This document shows positions 36,449 through 46,486 of a DNA stretch of 64,000 nucleotides, one piece after another. Origin of the DNA: an uncultured Eubacteriales bacterium (GTDB lineage Bacteria > Bacillota > Clostridia > Christensenellales > UBA1242). The translations under genes were made by a program, and so were the position numbers. Position 1 is the stretch's first letter, and the number at the start of each line of letters is the position of its first letter. The notes below the pieces were generated by a model. That model did no database searches. It was not told the DNA's origin and saw only the letters and a program-made list of their open reading frames with translations. The DNA lies in assembly GCA_948514155.1 (NCBI GenBank), contig CAOQYA010000003.1, forward strand, positions 6,057 through 70,056, given 5' to 3'.

Positions 36449-36802
36449 TGGTGGAGACGGCGGGAATTGAACCCGCGTCCGAAACAAGCAGTAAAAGCTT
36501 TTCTCCGTGTGCAGTTTGTGATTAAGTCTCAAAAGCGCAATTTTCACAAACAAAACTTGCTCTTTCCAGCCTTTTAGAATCTCACTTTAAAACGAAAGGC
36601 GCATTTTAAAATGATTTTTCGCTCTGTTTGACGCCCCGATAAGAGCGAGCGCACTCTCTTATGGAACGGACTGTTAGGCAGCAGCCTTAACTGTCTTAAA
36701 GTTATTATTTGCGTTTAATTTTTGGTCTGTTTTAAGGTTTCACGCCATCAACCACACGCTTTACACTTTCCTCACTCACCCCGTCGAAACCTTATCGCCC
36801 CC
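36449..36802 (-). ncRNA. ssrA: tmRNA (SsrA)
   Basis: 5' GGGGGCGATAAGGTTTCGACGGGG and 3' GGACGCGGGTTCAATTCCCGCCGTCTCCACCA, with a G3:U pair in the acceptor stem. Tag reading frame GCA AAT AAT AAC TTT AAG ACA GTT AAG GCT GCT GCC TAA = ANNNFKTVKAAA. Confidence 0.9.
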
Positions 36803-37253
36803 CGAACTTTACAAAGCGGTCAATTTCCCTTGCGGTGACCTTATCTTTTAAAGTTTCGCGTTTGTCATAAAGGTGTTTTCCTTTTGCAAGCCCCACCTCA
36901 ACCTTGGCTCTTCCTTTTTTAAAGTAAACTTTGGTTGCCATGAGCGAAAAGCCTTTTTCCTTAACTTTTTTTTCAAGTTTATTGATTTCGGCTTTATGCA
37001 AAAGAAGTTTTCTGTCTCGCCGTTCGTCGGGCTTGAAAACTGAGGAGTTTTCATACAACTTAATATAAGCATTTTTAAGGTAAATTTCTCCATTTTTGAT
37101 AAAAATGTAACTTTCACCCAAACTTATGCCATTAAGTCGCAATGATTTAACCTCGCTTCCCTCAAGCGCGATGCCGGCTTCGGTCAGTTCAGAAATGAAA
37201 TAATTGTGATACGCTTTCTTGTTGGAAGATATCAACTTTATTTCGTTATTCAT
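36792..37253 (-). CDS. smpB: SsrA-binding protein SmpB
   Basis: NKKAYHNYFI motif. Start set at the ATG at 37253 (MNNEIKLISSNKKA). Confidence 0.9.
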   Translation of the reverse strand: MNNEIKLISSNKKAYHNYFISELTEAGIALEGSEVKSLRLNGISLGESYIFIKNGEIYLKNAYIKLYENSSVFKPDERRDRKLLLHKAEINKLEKKVKEKGFSLMATKVYFKKGRAKVEVGLAKGKHLYDKRETLKDKVTAREIDRFVKFGGR

Positions 37254-37331
37254 TATATCACCATTCTTCGACTTTTTCAAGACCCTTTTTAAAATTTTTT
37301 TAATAATTTGTGTCAAAATCGCAAAATTTTG

Positions 37332-39410
37332 CTAGTTTTGAGGCACAAAATCGACTTTTCGTGTGTAAATGTTGCTGGAGGTGAGTTTCACAGTCAGTTT
37401 GTCGCCAATCTGATATCTGTGTTTTTGACCTTTAAGTTCCATCGACCTTTCGAAGAAAAGATAGCCGTCGGGCGGCAAGTCTTCCACTCGAATAAGGCCC
37501 TCGACCGAGTTTTCAAGGCCCACAAATATGCCATAACTTGCAACTCCCGTGATTTTTGCTTCGAAAACTTCGCCGACCCTGTCTTTCATAAGATAGGCCC
37601 GCCAAAGGTCGTCAACTTCACGCTCCGCTTTTTCGGAATTGCGCTCAGTCATAGAACTTTGCTCGGCACTTTGCAAGGTGAAATCTTCAAGTTCTTCCCT
37701 TCTTGATTTAGAGATTTTTTTGTGAAGGCTTTCTTTTATTATGCGGTGAATTGTAAGGTCGGGATATCTTCTGATTGGCGAGGTGAAATGGCAATAATTC
37801 TCAAGCGCCAAGCCAAAGTGCCCCAAATTCTGATTTTTATATGCAGCCTTTTGCAAACTGCGCAGAATAATCTTGTTGGCAGCCTCTTCATATGGCTTAT
37901 CTTTGATAAGGTTTAAAAGATTTTGAACAAACGCCGGCTGCACAATTTTCGGAAGCGGCGGACAGGCAATGCCAAAGCCGTTAAGAAAATCAAGCACAGC
38001 CCTTGTTTTTTCGAGCGTCGGCTTTTCGTGCACACGATAAACAAATGGAATGTCTGCAAGCGAAAAGTGTTTTGCCACACACTCGTTTGCAAGCAGCATG
38101 AACTCCTCTATAAGTTTATGCGCGTCGTTTCGCTCTCGTTTCTCAACTCCGACAACATAGCCCTTTTCGTCAAAAACAAATTGCGGCTCTGGAATATCAA
38201 GGTCAAGTCCACCACGCTTAAATCTGTTCTGCTCAAGTGTTTTTGCAAGGCTGGCCATAAGCAAGATTTCTTTTTTAAGTTTATTTGCTTTTGGAGTGGA
38301 AGATTTTCCCTCGATAACAGCAAACACTTCGTTGTATGTCAGACGCGCGCGGCTTTTTATCACACTTTCGGCAATTTTATAGTCTTTCACCCTTCCGCTC
38401 TTGTCCACGCTCATAATGCAAGAAAGCGTCAGCCTTTCCACACCTTCATTCAGCGAGCAAATGCCATTCGAAATCGCAGTTGGCAGCATCGGCAAAACTG
38501 AAGTTGGAAAATATGTGCTCGTTCCCCTTTCATATGCCACTTCGTCGAGTTTTGACCCAACTCTAACAAACTCTCCAACATCGGCGATATGCACGCCGAG
38601 TTCATATCCGCCCGCAATCTTTTTAATCGACACTGCGTCGTCAAAATCTTTGGCGTCTTCGCCGTCGATTGTAAAAGTTGTGAGTTTTGTTAAATCTAGC
38701 CTTCCCGCTTTTTGCTTGGCGGTGACCGGCTTATTAAGTTTGTTTGCAATCGCCTCCACTTCGTCCGAGAATTTTTCATACAAATTGTGCTCGCGAATGA
38801 TTGCAAGTTCCAACGTTTTAACATCGTCGCTGTCGCCCAGTCTTTCAATCACCTCGCCCGAAATCTTGCCGTTTTCGCGCCTAATCAGGCGAACAACAAC
38901 TTTTTCATTGATTTTTGGGCGCTGCTTTGTTTTTATTAACGAAATCTTAAAAGGAATTTTTGTGTTGTCAGGCTCAAGGAAAAAGTTCTTGCTTATCTGA
39001 ACAACCCTTCCAACAATCTGCTTAACAGGCTTGACAATTTTAACAACTTCTCCGTCCTTGCCCTCTTGCGCCGAGAAAAGTTTAACAATAACTTCGTCGC
39101 CGTCTATCGCGCCATTGGTGCGATTGCCAGGAATGAAAATATCCTCCTTGTCTGCGTTTGAACAAAAACCAAAGCCCTTGGCGCTGCCCATGTATCTGCC
39201 TTTAACATATCCATGCGACGGAACAACGATAAACTTGCCCTTTCTAAGTTCAAAAATCTCGCCTTCCTGTTGCATTTTCTTAAATTCTGCGCGAATAATC
39301 TCCTCTTTCTTGCCAAGCGCACTGGAAAGAAATAAAAAAAGATTGTCCGGCCTGGAATAGACCAAACTATCTTTCGCAACAATTTCCTTAATTCTGTCTC
39401 TTAATCTCAT
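37332..39410 (-). CDS. rnr: Ribonuclease R
   Basis: RNB domain (GVHIADVGEFV), C-terminal S1 domain (GEVFEAKITGVASYGIFVGL), and secG-rnr-smpB-ssrA synteny. Confidence 0.9.
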   Translation of the reverse strand: MRLRDRIKEIVAKDSLVYSRPDNLFLFLSSALGKKEEIIRAEFKKMQQEGEIFELRKGKFIVVPSHGYVKGRYMGSAKGFGFCSNADKEDIFIPGNRTNGAIDGDEVIVKLFSAQEGKDGEVVKIVKPVKQIVGRVVQISKNFFLEPDNTKIPFKISLIKTKQRPKINEKVVVRLIRRENGKISGEVIERLGDSDDVKTLELAIIREHNLYEKFSDEVEAIANKLNKPVTAKQKAGRLDLTKLTTFTIDGEDAKDFDDAVSIKKIAGGYELGVHIADVGEFVRVGSKLDEVAYERGTSTYFPTSVLPMLPTAISNGICSLNEGVERLTLSCIMSVDKSGRVKDYKIAESVIKSRARLTYNEVFAVIEGKSSTPKANKLKKEILLMASLAKTLEQNRFKRGGLDLDIPEPQFVFDEKGYVVGVEKRERNDAHKLIEEFMLLANECVAKHFSLADIPFVYRVHEKPTLEKTRAVLDFLNGFGIACPPLPKIVQPAFVQNLLNLIKDKPYEEAANKIILRSLQKAAYKNQNLGHFGLALENYCHFTSPIRRYPDLTIHRIIKESLHKKISKSRREELEDFTLQSAEQSSMTERNSEKAEREVDDLWRAYLMKDRVGEVFEAKITGVASYGIFVGLENSVEGLIRVEDLPPDGYLFFERSMELKGQKHRYQIGDKLTVKLTSSNIYTRKVDFVPQN

Positions 39411-39724
39411 TATGCCGTTTTGTTAAATAACTCCGTCACAAAATAGATAATCACGCTCACTGCAATGATGCATGCAAAAACGATTGTCACAATTCTAAGT
39501 TTGCCGTCGCGCGTGCCACCTTTATTCTTTGCATAATAACTCTCTTGTATTCCGCCGGTGATTGGGTCGCCGCCTTGAGAGTCGTTAGACTGCATAAGTG
39601 TGGTGATAATGATAAGGATAGCCGATGCCACAATTAAGAAGAAAAGAATATATCTTAAAATAGGCAAAAATGTGGTGACGAAATTTGATTGAATATCGTC
39701 TGCAAGCATTGAAATGAAATTCAT
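39410..39724 (-). CDS. secG: Preprotein translocase subunit SecG (probable)
   Basis: Two TM helices flanking a Gly-rich loop (QSNDSQGGDPITGG). Conserved position upstream of rnr. Confidence 0.6.
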   Translation of the reverse strand: MNFISMLADDIQSNFVTTFLPILRYILFFLIVASAILIIITTLMQSNDSQGGDPITGGIQESYYAKNKGGTRDGKLRIVTIVFACIIAVSVIIYFVTELFNKTA

Positions 39725-39736
39725 GTTGTCTCCTTT

Positions 39737-39967
39737 TTAGTGTTTGATGCAAATGTAAATTATTATTCCGATAACGAGTGCGAGGAAGATAAATGAAAAG
39801 ACCTTAAACTTTGTTTTGCCACCCAAAAGCCCCTTTAAGATGTTCACGGAAAACATCAGGCCAATAATAATAAGCAGGCACAAAACGATAGCGAATGTAA
39901 CTTGACTCCAGCCTCTTATCCAGTTATTCAAATCTGTAAAGATATTGCCCAGCATGGCAAGTTCCAT
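39737..39967 (-). CDS. Small two-TM membrane protein
   Basis: 76-aa hydrophobic ORF with no motif. Confidence 0.4.
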   Translation of the reverse strand: MELAMLGNIFTDLNNWIRGWSQVTFAIVLCLLIIIGLMFSVNILKGLLGGKTKFKVFSFIFLALVIGIIIYICIKH

Positions 39968-40121
39968 TCTTATCCTCCGTTATGGAAAGAGTATAACACA
40001 ATTTGAAAGTTATTTCAAGCATTCTTTGCGCATATATAGTCAGAAAAAGTTAAAAAAATTATCGAATTTCTCTAATTTCGTGATATAATCTCGCTAAGTA
40101 GAATTTTAAATCGGAGGGAAA

Positions 40122-40856
40122 ATGAAAAAGGTTATGATTATCACAGGCGGCACAAGAGGCATCGGTCTTGCAACAGCCAAGTTATTTCTAGAAAATGAAT
40201 ATAAAGTTGCAATCTTGGGCTCAAGAAAGGAAACAGTGGAAAGCGCCACAACTAAACTTTCTCGGGAGTTTGGAAAAGACAATGTTATCGGGCTGTTCCC
40301 AAATCTGACAAGTGAAAAAGAAATGCAAGCGGCATTTAATGAAGTTAAAGAAAAGTTTGGCCGCATCGACGCGCTAATCAACAACGCCGGCCTTTCTTCT
40401 TCCACCCCACTCGAGAAATATAGCGAGGACGAAGCCGACAAAATCATAGACCTTAACATAAAAGCGCCTTTTGTGTGCAGCAAAATGGCTCTTGAATTTT
40501 TAAAAGAAACAAAGGGCTGCATCTTAAACACCAGTTCCATGGTCAGCTTCAATGGTCAAACAAGCGGCTGCCTCTATCCAACAAGCAAGTTTGCAATCAA
40601 TGGCCTCACAAAGTCGCTGGCTCGCGAACTGGCGCCTTTTGGCATTCGAGTGAACGCTGTTGCTCCCGGAATAACAAAAACAGACATGGTGAAAAATCTG
40701 CCCGAGCAAATGATTAACCCTCTCATTGAGCGCATCCCTCTCGGCCGCATCGGCGAGCCGGAAGATATCGCTAAGGCGTTTCTCTTCCTCGCAAGCGAGA
40801 AAGCGTCATTTATCACCGGCGAAATCTTGCAAGTTGACGGCGGCATGATAAGTTAA
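40122..40856 (+). CDS. Short-chain dehydrogenase/reductase (FabG-like)
   Basis: ITGGTRGIGLATAK (TGxxxGxG), NNAG, YPTSKFAINGLTKSLA (YxxxK). Confidence 0.85.
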   Translation: MKKVMIITGGTRGIGLATAKLFLENEYKVAILGSRKETVESATTKLSREFGKDNVIGLFPNLTSEKEMQAAFNEVKEKFGRIDALINNAGLSSSTPLEKYSEDEADKIIDLNIKAPFVCSKMALEFLKETKGCILNTSSMVSFNGQTSGCLYPTSKFAINGLTKSLARELAPFGIRVNAVAPGITKTDMVKNLPEQMINPLIERIPLGRIGEPEDIAKAFLFLASEKASFITGEILQVDGGMIS

Positions 40857-40963
40857 ATAAAAAATCAAATCTTAACTTGATTTTTCTTATTTTAAACACA
40901 ATCTTCGACAAAATGTTTCATATATTATATGTTATCATTAATATACTTGTTTTTGGAGGAGAT

Positions 40964-41428
40964 ATGTTTATAGTTAGACCGCATTTTGACATTTTTTCAG
41001 AGAGTAAAATTACAGAAGAGGACTCTCCTATCGACATCTTCACTAAACTTCTTAAAACGCATCACCTGGATGTTTTAAAAGTGTCGGGAAATGTTTTTCC
41101 GAAGTTATTTTATCCAAACATTAATTGCCCCTACACCCAACATCTTTTTGCTGTGCTGCTTCTAAAGTCAATCGGAAAATTTGATAATTTGGGGAAACTG
41201 ACAAATGTTCACAATCTCACTCGCGGCACGGCAGCCGACCACGACAACATCGGCATAGAATTCAATTTCAATGGAGAGGACTATTATTTTGCCGGCATCA
41301 CTCCCCCTCGCCAGGGCAACAGAATTGCGCACGCTGAGGCGCAAATCGACATTGTCAAGGCTCTTCACAAAATGGATGTTCCATATGCAATTTCATATAA
41401 ACTCGACGGAAACTCTTTCTTAAGATAA
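40964..41428 (+). CDS. Hypothetical protein
   Basis: Start moved to the ATG at 40964, preceded by GGAGGAG. No recognisable motif. Confidence 0.45.
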   Translation: MFIVRPHFDIFSESKITEEDSPIDIFTKLLKTHHLDVLKVSGNVFPKLFYPNINCPYTQHLFAVLLLKSIGKFDNLGKLTNVHNLTRGTAADHDNIGIEFNFNGEDYYFAGITPPRQGNRIAHAEAQIDIVKALHKMDVPYAISYKLDGNSFLR

Positions 41429-41453
41429 TCACGCTGGAGCGCGTGATTTTTTT
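41427..41453 (+). terminator. Intrinsic terminator
   Basis: AATCACGC-TGGAGC-GCGTGATT plus a T-run. Confidence 0.7.
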
Positions 41454-41566
41454 CTTTTTAAGCATATTTAGCCATTTACAAGAAAAAATAAAATAGGTGG
41501 CTAAATGAGAAGAATAATAAAAAAACAAAAATCCGCAATCGAATATGCTAAAGGCACGCCCTATTT

Positions 41567-42733
41567 TTGTCGCGAAAAAAAATTGCAAGTTTTCCCTATC
41601 TAAACAAAGATATCTCCTGCAACATTCTGATTATCGGCGGCGGAATTGTGGGCGCGATTGCAAACTATTATCTCTCGCAAAAATATGATGTGGCGCTCGT
41701 TGACAAATCGCGATTTGGCTTTGGGCGCACAAGCCTGGCGACGGTGCTGCTTGAATATCAACTCGACGACTTTGCGGAAGAGTTAACAAAATATTTCCGA
41801 GAGGACGAGATTTCGCAAATCTACAGAATGGGACTTGAAAGCATCGAGAAAATTTCAAAGTTCATAGAAGAAAAAGGCAACTTTTGCCATTTCGCCAAAA
41901 GGCCGTCGCTGCTCTACACAAACAAGGCTCTAGGCATTAAAAACATCGAAAAAGAATGGCAATTTAGAAACAAGCACAATTTCAGCGCGCAGTTATTAAC
42001 TGAGAATAATAATCCCTTCCCTTTTGAATTTAAGGCGGGACTGTATTGCGAAGACGGCGGCGCGGAGTTTAATCCATATCTTTTTGCAAAACAAATGATT
42101 GAGAGCGCCTCCGATCAGAATAAACTTTTTGAACACACCGAAATTTGCAGCATCAGCGAGAATGAAAATGGCCTTATCGCAAAAACAAACTATGGCCAAA
42201 ACATCTTCTGCAAAAAGGTGACTTTTGCAACTGGCTACAATTTCGAACTGCTTGCAAACGCCGAACTTTGCACAACTAACATATCATATTCAATTGTCAC
42301 CCGCCCCATTAAAAATCTCCACATTCTAAACAACACTCTTCTTCAAGACGACGAAGAGCCCTATCACTACATGCGCCTGCTGCCCGACAATAGAATAATT
42401 TTCGGCGGCGAGGACAGCCCTTTAAAAAATGGCCAGATAAAAACAAAAAAAGCGGAGAAAAAATATGCGGCGCTCGAAAAGGCGCTATGCGAAATGCTGC
42501 CCGACTTTAAAAATGAAATAAAGGTGGAATATAGGTTTTGCGGGGCATTCGGCGAGACAGACAACAATCTTGGCCTAATCGGCAAAACTGACAATCCCAA
42601 CATTTTAATGATGATAAGTTGCGGCGCGAATGGTGTTATCAACGCAATGTTCGGCGCCGAACTTATCGAAAACATTCTCGAAAATCGCGAGAACCCGCTC
42701 GAGGGGCATTTCTCGCCGCTAAGGAAAAATTAG
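41567..42733 (+). CDS. FAD-dependent oxidoreductase (DAO family)
   Basis: ILIIGGGIVGAIANYYLS dinucleotide-binding motif. The TTG start is uncertain. Confidence 0.75.
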   Translation: MSRKKIASFPYLNKDISCNILIIGGGIVGAIANYYLSQKYDVALVDKSRFGFGRTSLATVLLEYQLDDFAEELTKYFREDEISQIYRMGLESIEKISKFIEEKGNFCHFAKRPSLLYTNKALGIKNIEKEWQFRNKHNFSAQLLTENNNPFPFEFKAGLYCEDGGAEFNPYLFAKQMIESASDQNKLFEHTEICSISENENGLIAKTNYGQNIFCKKVTFATGYNFELLANAELCTTNISYSIVTRPIKNLHILNNTLLQDDEEPYHYMRLLPDNRIIFGGEDSPLKNGQIKTKKAEKKYAALEKALCEMLPDFKNEIKVEYRFCGAFGETDNNLGLIGKTDNPNILMMISCGANGVINAMFGAELIENILENRENPLEGHFSPLRKN

Positions 42734-43473
42734 AAATCTTTTCCGATGTCACTTTCCGATATGTTAGGGTTAACATATCGGTCTTTTTTCTTTTTATTTT
42801 TGTATCTAATTGCTTTTTGCGGGCAGCGGTGATAACAGCCAAGGCAGGCCACGCACTTGTCCTCAAACACCGGCTTGCCGTCCTTAAATGAAATATTCCC
42901 CACTGGACAAATCTTCACGCACTTGCCGCACTTAACGCACTCTTCGCTCACGCAAAAACGCTGACCAATGACGTGCCAGTTCGACATGTTTTTAAAATAT
43001 TTCTGCTCTTTTGTCTTCTTCTTTTTAGGAAGACACTCCGCTCCACTTTTAATTTTTTCGATTACATCCGATATTTTTTTATCAGCCTTCTTTAAAGTGC
43101 TTTTTATGTAAAATTTAGGCACGGTGAAAGTTGTTGTAAAATTCTCTGGCATTTGAATTACAAAAATACTTTTCAAATTAAGGCCCAACTTTTCACAATA
43201 GGAACGCATCAAAAAGTCCGCGCCGCCCACCATGCCGCCATAGTTTTGAATGACGACGAGTTCTTTTGTTTTATCAAGTCGCGGCAAAAACTCATACACA
43301 TGCTTAGGCATGCCGTAGGAATAAATCGGCGTCACAAGAATAACCTTGTCAAACTCCTCGCCATTGCCGGCATACTTTGGAAGATAAATAATCTTGCCTC
43401 CCAACGCCTCTTGGGCACGCTTTGCGATATATAAGCTATTCCCTGTACTTGAAAAATATAAAATCCCTCTCAT
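42730..43473 (-). CDS. Flavodoxin-like / 2x[4Fe-4S] ferredoxin fusion protein
   Basis: N-terminal ILYFSSTGNS flavodoxin-like start. CVKCGKCVKICP and CVACLGCYHRCP cluster motifs. Confidence 0.8.
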   Translation of the reverse strand: MRGILYFSSTGNSLYIAKRAQEALGGKIIYLPKYAGNGEEFDKVILVTPIYSYGMPKHVYEFLPRLDKTKELVVIQNYGGMVGGADFLMRSYCEKLGLNLKSIFVIQMPENFTTTFTVPKFYIKSTLKKADKKISDVIEKIKSGAECLPKKKKTKEQKYFKNMSNWHVIGQRFCVSEECVKCGKCVKICPVGNISFKDGKPVFEDKCVACLGCYHRCPQKAIRYKNKKKKDRYVNPNISESDIGKDF

Positions 43474-43485
43474 TTTCGCCTCCTA

Positions 43486-44163
43486 TTATTTTATCGCGAG
43501 ATTAAAACTTTGTTTTACTCGCTCTACTATTTCGTTAAAGTCGACCGAGTCATCTAAGATTATCGTCACCCAGGACTTCTTGTTCATGTGGTAAGCTGGA
43601 AAATATCTTTTATTGTCCACTACACTCGCCACTTCTTGCGGGCTTATTCGCACATTCAAGATGTCTATTATCTCTTTTGATTTTATTCCAAGTTTTTCTT
43701 TTGGCAGAGCTACAAAGAGTGCATACCATTTACCGGTGTCCTTTCTTCTGCAAATCGCGTTGTTGCAAAATTTCGGCCAAAGAAATTCAAGTTCGTCTCG
43801 AAAATGCTTTGAAACAAATTCTATCAGCCGCTTAGCCTGTGCGCTCCTAAAGATGACTTTTTCAAAACAATTGTCACAAATCTTTTGCAGCAGATTTTCA
43901 AACTCTTCTCGCACCTGACCAACAAAACTTCCCGTCGCAGTCTCTACAAAGATGAGCGCATATGGCTCGCCTGTCGCAACTTCTATCACTTCAGCATCAA
44001 CCTTCCCACTCTTGTCGACACAAACGTTTACAATAAATTGGTCATCTAATATATACCCTCGAAAAGTGAATTTATCTTCTTCACAAGAAAAGCCGAATTT
44101 CAATAATTTATCAAAATTTGGCTCTCTAAACTTAAAAATCTGCTCCAAAAACTTATTTTTCAT
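43486..44163 (-). CDS. MmcQ/YjbR-family protein
   Basis: C-terminal YFPAYHMNKKSWVTIILD resembles the YjbR fold signature. Confidence 0.6.
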   Translation of the reverse strand: MKNKFLEQIFKFREPNFDKLLKFGFSCEEDKFTFRGYILDDQFIVNVCVDKSGKVDAEVIEVATGEPYALIFVETATGSFVGQVREEFENLLQKICDNCFEKVIFRSAQAKRLIEFVSKHFRDELEFLWPKFCNNAICRRKDTGKWYALFVALPKEKLGIKSKEIIDILNVRISPQEVASVVDNKRYFPAYHMNKKSWVTIILDDSVDFNEIVERVKQSFNLAIK

Positions 44164-44164
44164 A

Positions 44165-44650
44165 TCATTTTCTCTCTATCTTCAAAAGCGCCGCCTTTTT
44201 ATCGAGCCCGCCTGCATAACCTATAAGCGCGCCGTTTGAGCCGACAACTCTATGGCAGGGCACTATTATGCCAATCGGATTATGTCCCACCGCGCCGCCG
44301 ACAGCCTGAGCCGAAGCACGCTTGCCAGTCTCGCGCTCAATTTCTTTGGCGATTTCACCATATGTAACAGTTTTTCCAAACGGGATAGTCAAAAGTATCT
44401 GCCAAACTCTTTTCCTGAAAGGCGAAGCCTCTGGCAGCGAGAGCGGCGGAGTGAAGTTTGGCTGACGCCCTGAAAAATAAACATCCAGCCACTTTTTTGT
44501 TAATTTAAAAATTTCAAGTTCGCAATTTTCGCCTGCTTCCGCATGCGTCACAGCGCTTTTCACTATAAAAGACAAACCTGTAAGCGCATCCCCGTCGCTA
44601 GAGAGCAACACCTCTCCAATCGGCGATTTATATGTAGAAAAATATTGCAT
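44165..44650 (-). CDS. ogt: Methylated-DNA--protein-cysteine methyltransferase
   Basis: VPCHRVVGSNG active-site motif. Confidence 0.9.
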   Translation of the reverse strand: MQYFSTYKSPIGEVLLSSDGDALTGLSFIVKSAVTHAEAGENCELEIFKLTKKWLDVYFSGRQPNFTPPLSLPEASPFRKRVWQILLTIPFGKTVTYGEIAKEIERETGKRASAQAVGGAVGHNPIGIIVPCHRVVGSNGALIGYAGGLDKKAALLKIERK

Positions 44651-44667
44651 AACTCTATCACGCCCCG

Positions 44668-44961
44668 CTATTTTTTCATCTCTTCGCAGGTTGAGGCAAC
44701 AATGTCTCTTAAAAGTTCGATGTTGTCAAAATCTTCGAACATAAACATCGGCTTAGCGCCTTTATAGGGAATTTCTTTTGACATGCCAAACTTTTCGTTA
44801 TTTGCGCAAATCTTGAACAGCAGCCTCTCGTCATATATTCCGCCAAAAAGCACGCCGTTTGAATATAGAAGATATTCACCCATCATCGGCCGGCACACAA
44901 TCTCCTCACACAACCTTAACTGCTCCAAAATAAAATCTCTAAAGTCTTTTGATGTTGACAT
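44668..44961 (-). CDS. TfoX N-terminal-domain protein
   Basis: RPMMGEYLLYSNGVLFGGIYDERLLFK matches the TfoX_N pattern. 97 aa, N-domain only. Confidence 0.7.
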   Translation of the reverse strand: MSTSKDFRDFILEQLRLCEEIVCRPMMGEYLLYSNGVLFGGIYDERLLFKICANNEKFGMSKEIPYKGAKPMFMFEDFDNIELLRDIVASTCEEMKK

Positions 44962-45118
44962 AATTTTTTAAAAGTTCCTTTTGCGTTTTCTTTATTATAT
45001 CAAAATCTTTTCAAAACGAAAAGGAATTTATATTTTTAACAGAAATAAGGATAAAATTAGATAGCCATAACCTCAAAACTATTTTAACCTCTTTGAACAC
45101 AAAATTTTTCTTATTTTT

Positions 45119-45646
45119 TTAAAATTGATAAAAACGGACATTAAAAAAATCGTCTTCTATTTTGTCAACGATTTTTGCTTCCTTATTTTGAAAAAACAGC
45201 CAATTGTTTTCACAAATAATAAAATGCCTCGACTTTGCCCTTTCACTTAACAATTTTATCGAAGCATCGAAGTCTGTTTTCGCATCGTAAATAATCTGCG
45301 AAAATAATTTATGCAAACCCAGTTGCTTTAACATCACCTCAGTTCTATCTTTGTCAGCGGCCGTCCAAACAAATGAGTTCCGTTTGCCCTTTTCTTTAAT
45401 TTTGTTTATCAACTTTTCATTAATGACCACCCGATATTTAAGCCATGCCAGCGAAAAGTATCGCTGCTTTTCCTTTATAATATTTTCGAGTTCTTTAATA
45501 GCAAAGCCTTTTAACTTTTCCCTTGTAATTCGTTCGTTTGTTTGAATGCGAAAATTTTTAAACTTTTCCAAAGCAAAATTATATGCATCATTGTTTAATT
45601 TAGTTGAACTAACTAAAGTATCGTCTAAATCTACAAAAAGTTTCAC
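45119..45646 (-). CDS. HAD-superfamily hydrolase (phosphatase/nucleotidase-like), third gene of the PRTase-DprA operon
   Basis: HAD motif I LFVDLDDTLV at the N-terminus. GTG start overlaps the upstream stop (GTGA). Confidence 0.65.
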   Translation of the reverse strand: MKLFVDLDDTLVSSTKLNNDAYNFALEKFKNFRIQTNERITREKLKGFAIKELENIIKEKQRYFSLAWLKYRVVINEKLINKIKEKGKRNSFVWTAADKDRTEVMLKQLGLHKLFSQIIYDAKTDFDASIKLLSERAKSRHFIICENNWLFFQNKEAKIVDKIEDDFFNVRFYQF

Positions 45647-46485
45647 TTTAAAATTTCCTTTAATGTTTTTTTAGTTGTCTTCATAACATCTTTTTCTTTC
45701 AACAAGTCTTCGTTTAGTCCAAAAGTTGGCTGATTTTTATCGGTTTCACCATTAAACATCACAAAGCGCAAACGGCTTTGATATTCTTTTGCTTTTTGCA
45801 TTGCATGACGACTTCCGCTATCTCCTTCGCCGTAGCGATAACTTGCTATCAATATAACCGCTTTCGAAAACATAGCTTGCAGACGGTCTCGTTCAACAAA
45901 TCGCTTAACTGCTTCAAATCTATCTTTCGGCTCGCAAAAATACTCGCTGACAACAAGTCCGCCACTTGCAACTATTTTTTCTGCAAGTCGAACATTCTGG
46001 CCATGATATATATTTTGTAAAGTCGAGGGCAAAAATGCTATTGTTGGTCTTTGCTTGTTTACGACCACACAATGGGCAACTGTATCACAACCTATCGCCA
46101 ACCCACTGACAATCACTTGGCCATTGTCAACCAAGAATTGCACAATTTTTTCTTCTCGTTCGATTATCTCTTTAGTTGGCTCTCTTACTCCAATCACAGC
46201 AACATTTTTTGAAATATCAGACAAGAGTTCTATATCTCCACGATAGGCAAAAAGAAATGGTTTTTCACTTAACTTAATGTTTCCAAATGTTTTAGGAAAA
46301 TTGTCATCAAACGCGCAAATTAAGTCAAAATTTGCTGCTTCTAAAAGTTCTTGTTCTCCAAAAGTTTTAAGGCTAAGTGTTTCAAATACTTCTTTGTTTG
46401 AAAAATTCTTCCAAAAGTCCGCATTGGATTTTATTAGGCCTATCTTTTTCGCAACATAAACTTTTAGTGCGATCTCTGAAAACAT
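45643..46485 (-). CDS. DprA/Smf-like (SLOG superfamily) protein, ShosA-like
   Basis: VAVIGVREPT...VSGLAIGCDTVAH...PSTLQNIYHGQN...FVERDRLQAMFS...DSGSRHAM parallels the DprA Rossmann core (GSR..S.YG / SGlArGID / YP..N / F..RNRiiagLS / SGS..TA), with the canonical RGID changed to IGCD. Confidence 0.75.
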   Translation of the reverse strand: MFSEIALKVYVAKKIGLIKSNADFWKNFSNKEVFETLSLKTFGEQELLEAANFDLICAFDDNFPKTFGNIKLSEKPFLFAYRGDIELLSDISKNVAVIGVREPTKEIIEREEKIVQFLVDNGQVIVSGLAIGCDTVAHCVVVNKQRPTIAFLPSTLQNIYHGQNVRLAEKIVASGGLVVSEYFCEPKDRFEAVKRFVERDRLQAMFSKAVILIASYRYGEGDSGSRHAMQKAKEYQSRLRFVMFNGETDKNQPTFGLNEDLLKEKDVMKTTKKTLKEILK

Positions 46486-46486
46486 T

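Noticed and set aside
41505-41603. 32-aa upstream ORF (MRRIIKKQKSAIEYAKGTPYFCREKKLQVFPI) with RBS AGGTGG. It would fuse to the FAD oxidoreductase if the A8 run at 41575-41582 were A9.
   Set aside because: DAO-family enzymes normally start only a few residues before the GxGxxG motif, so a 40-aa extension is not expected. I cannot distinguish a uORF, a frameshift error and chance without read data.
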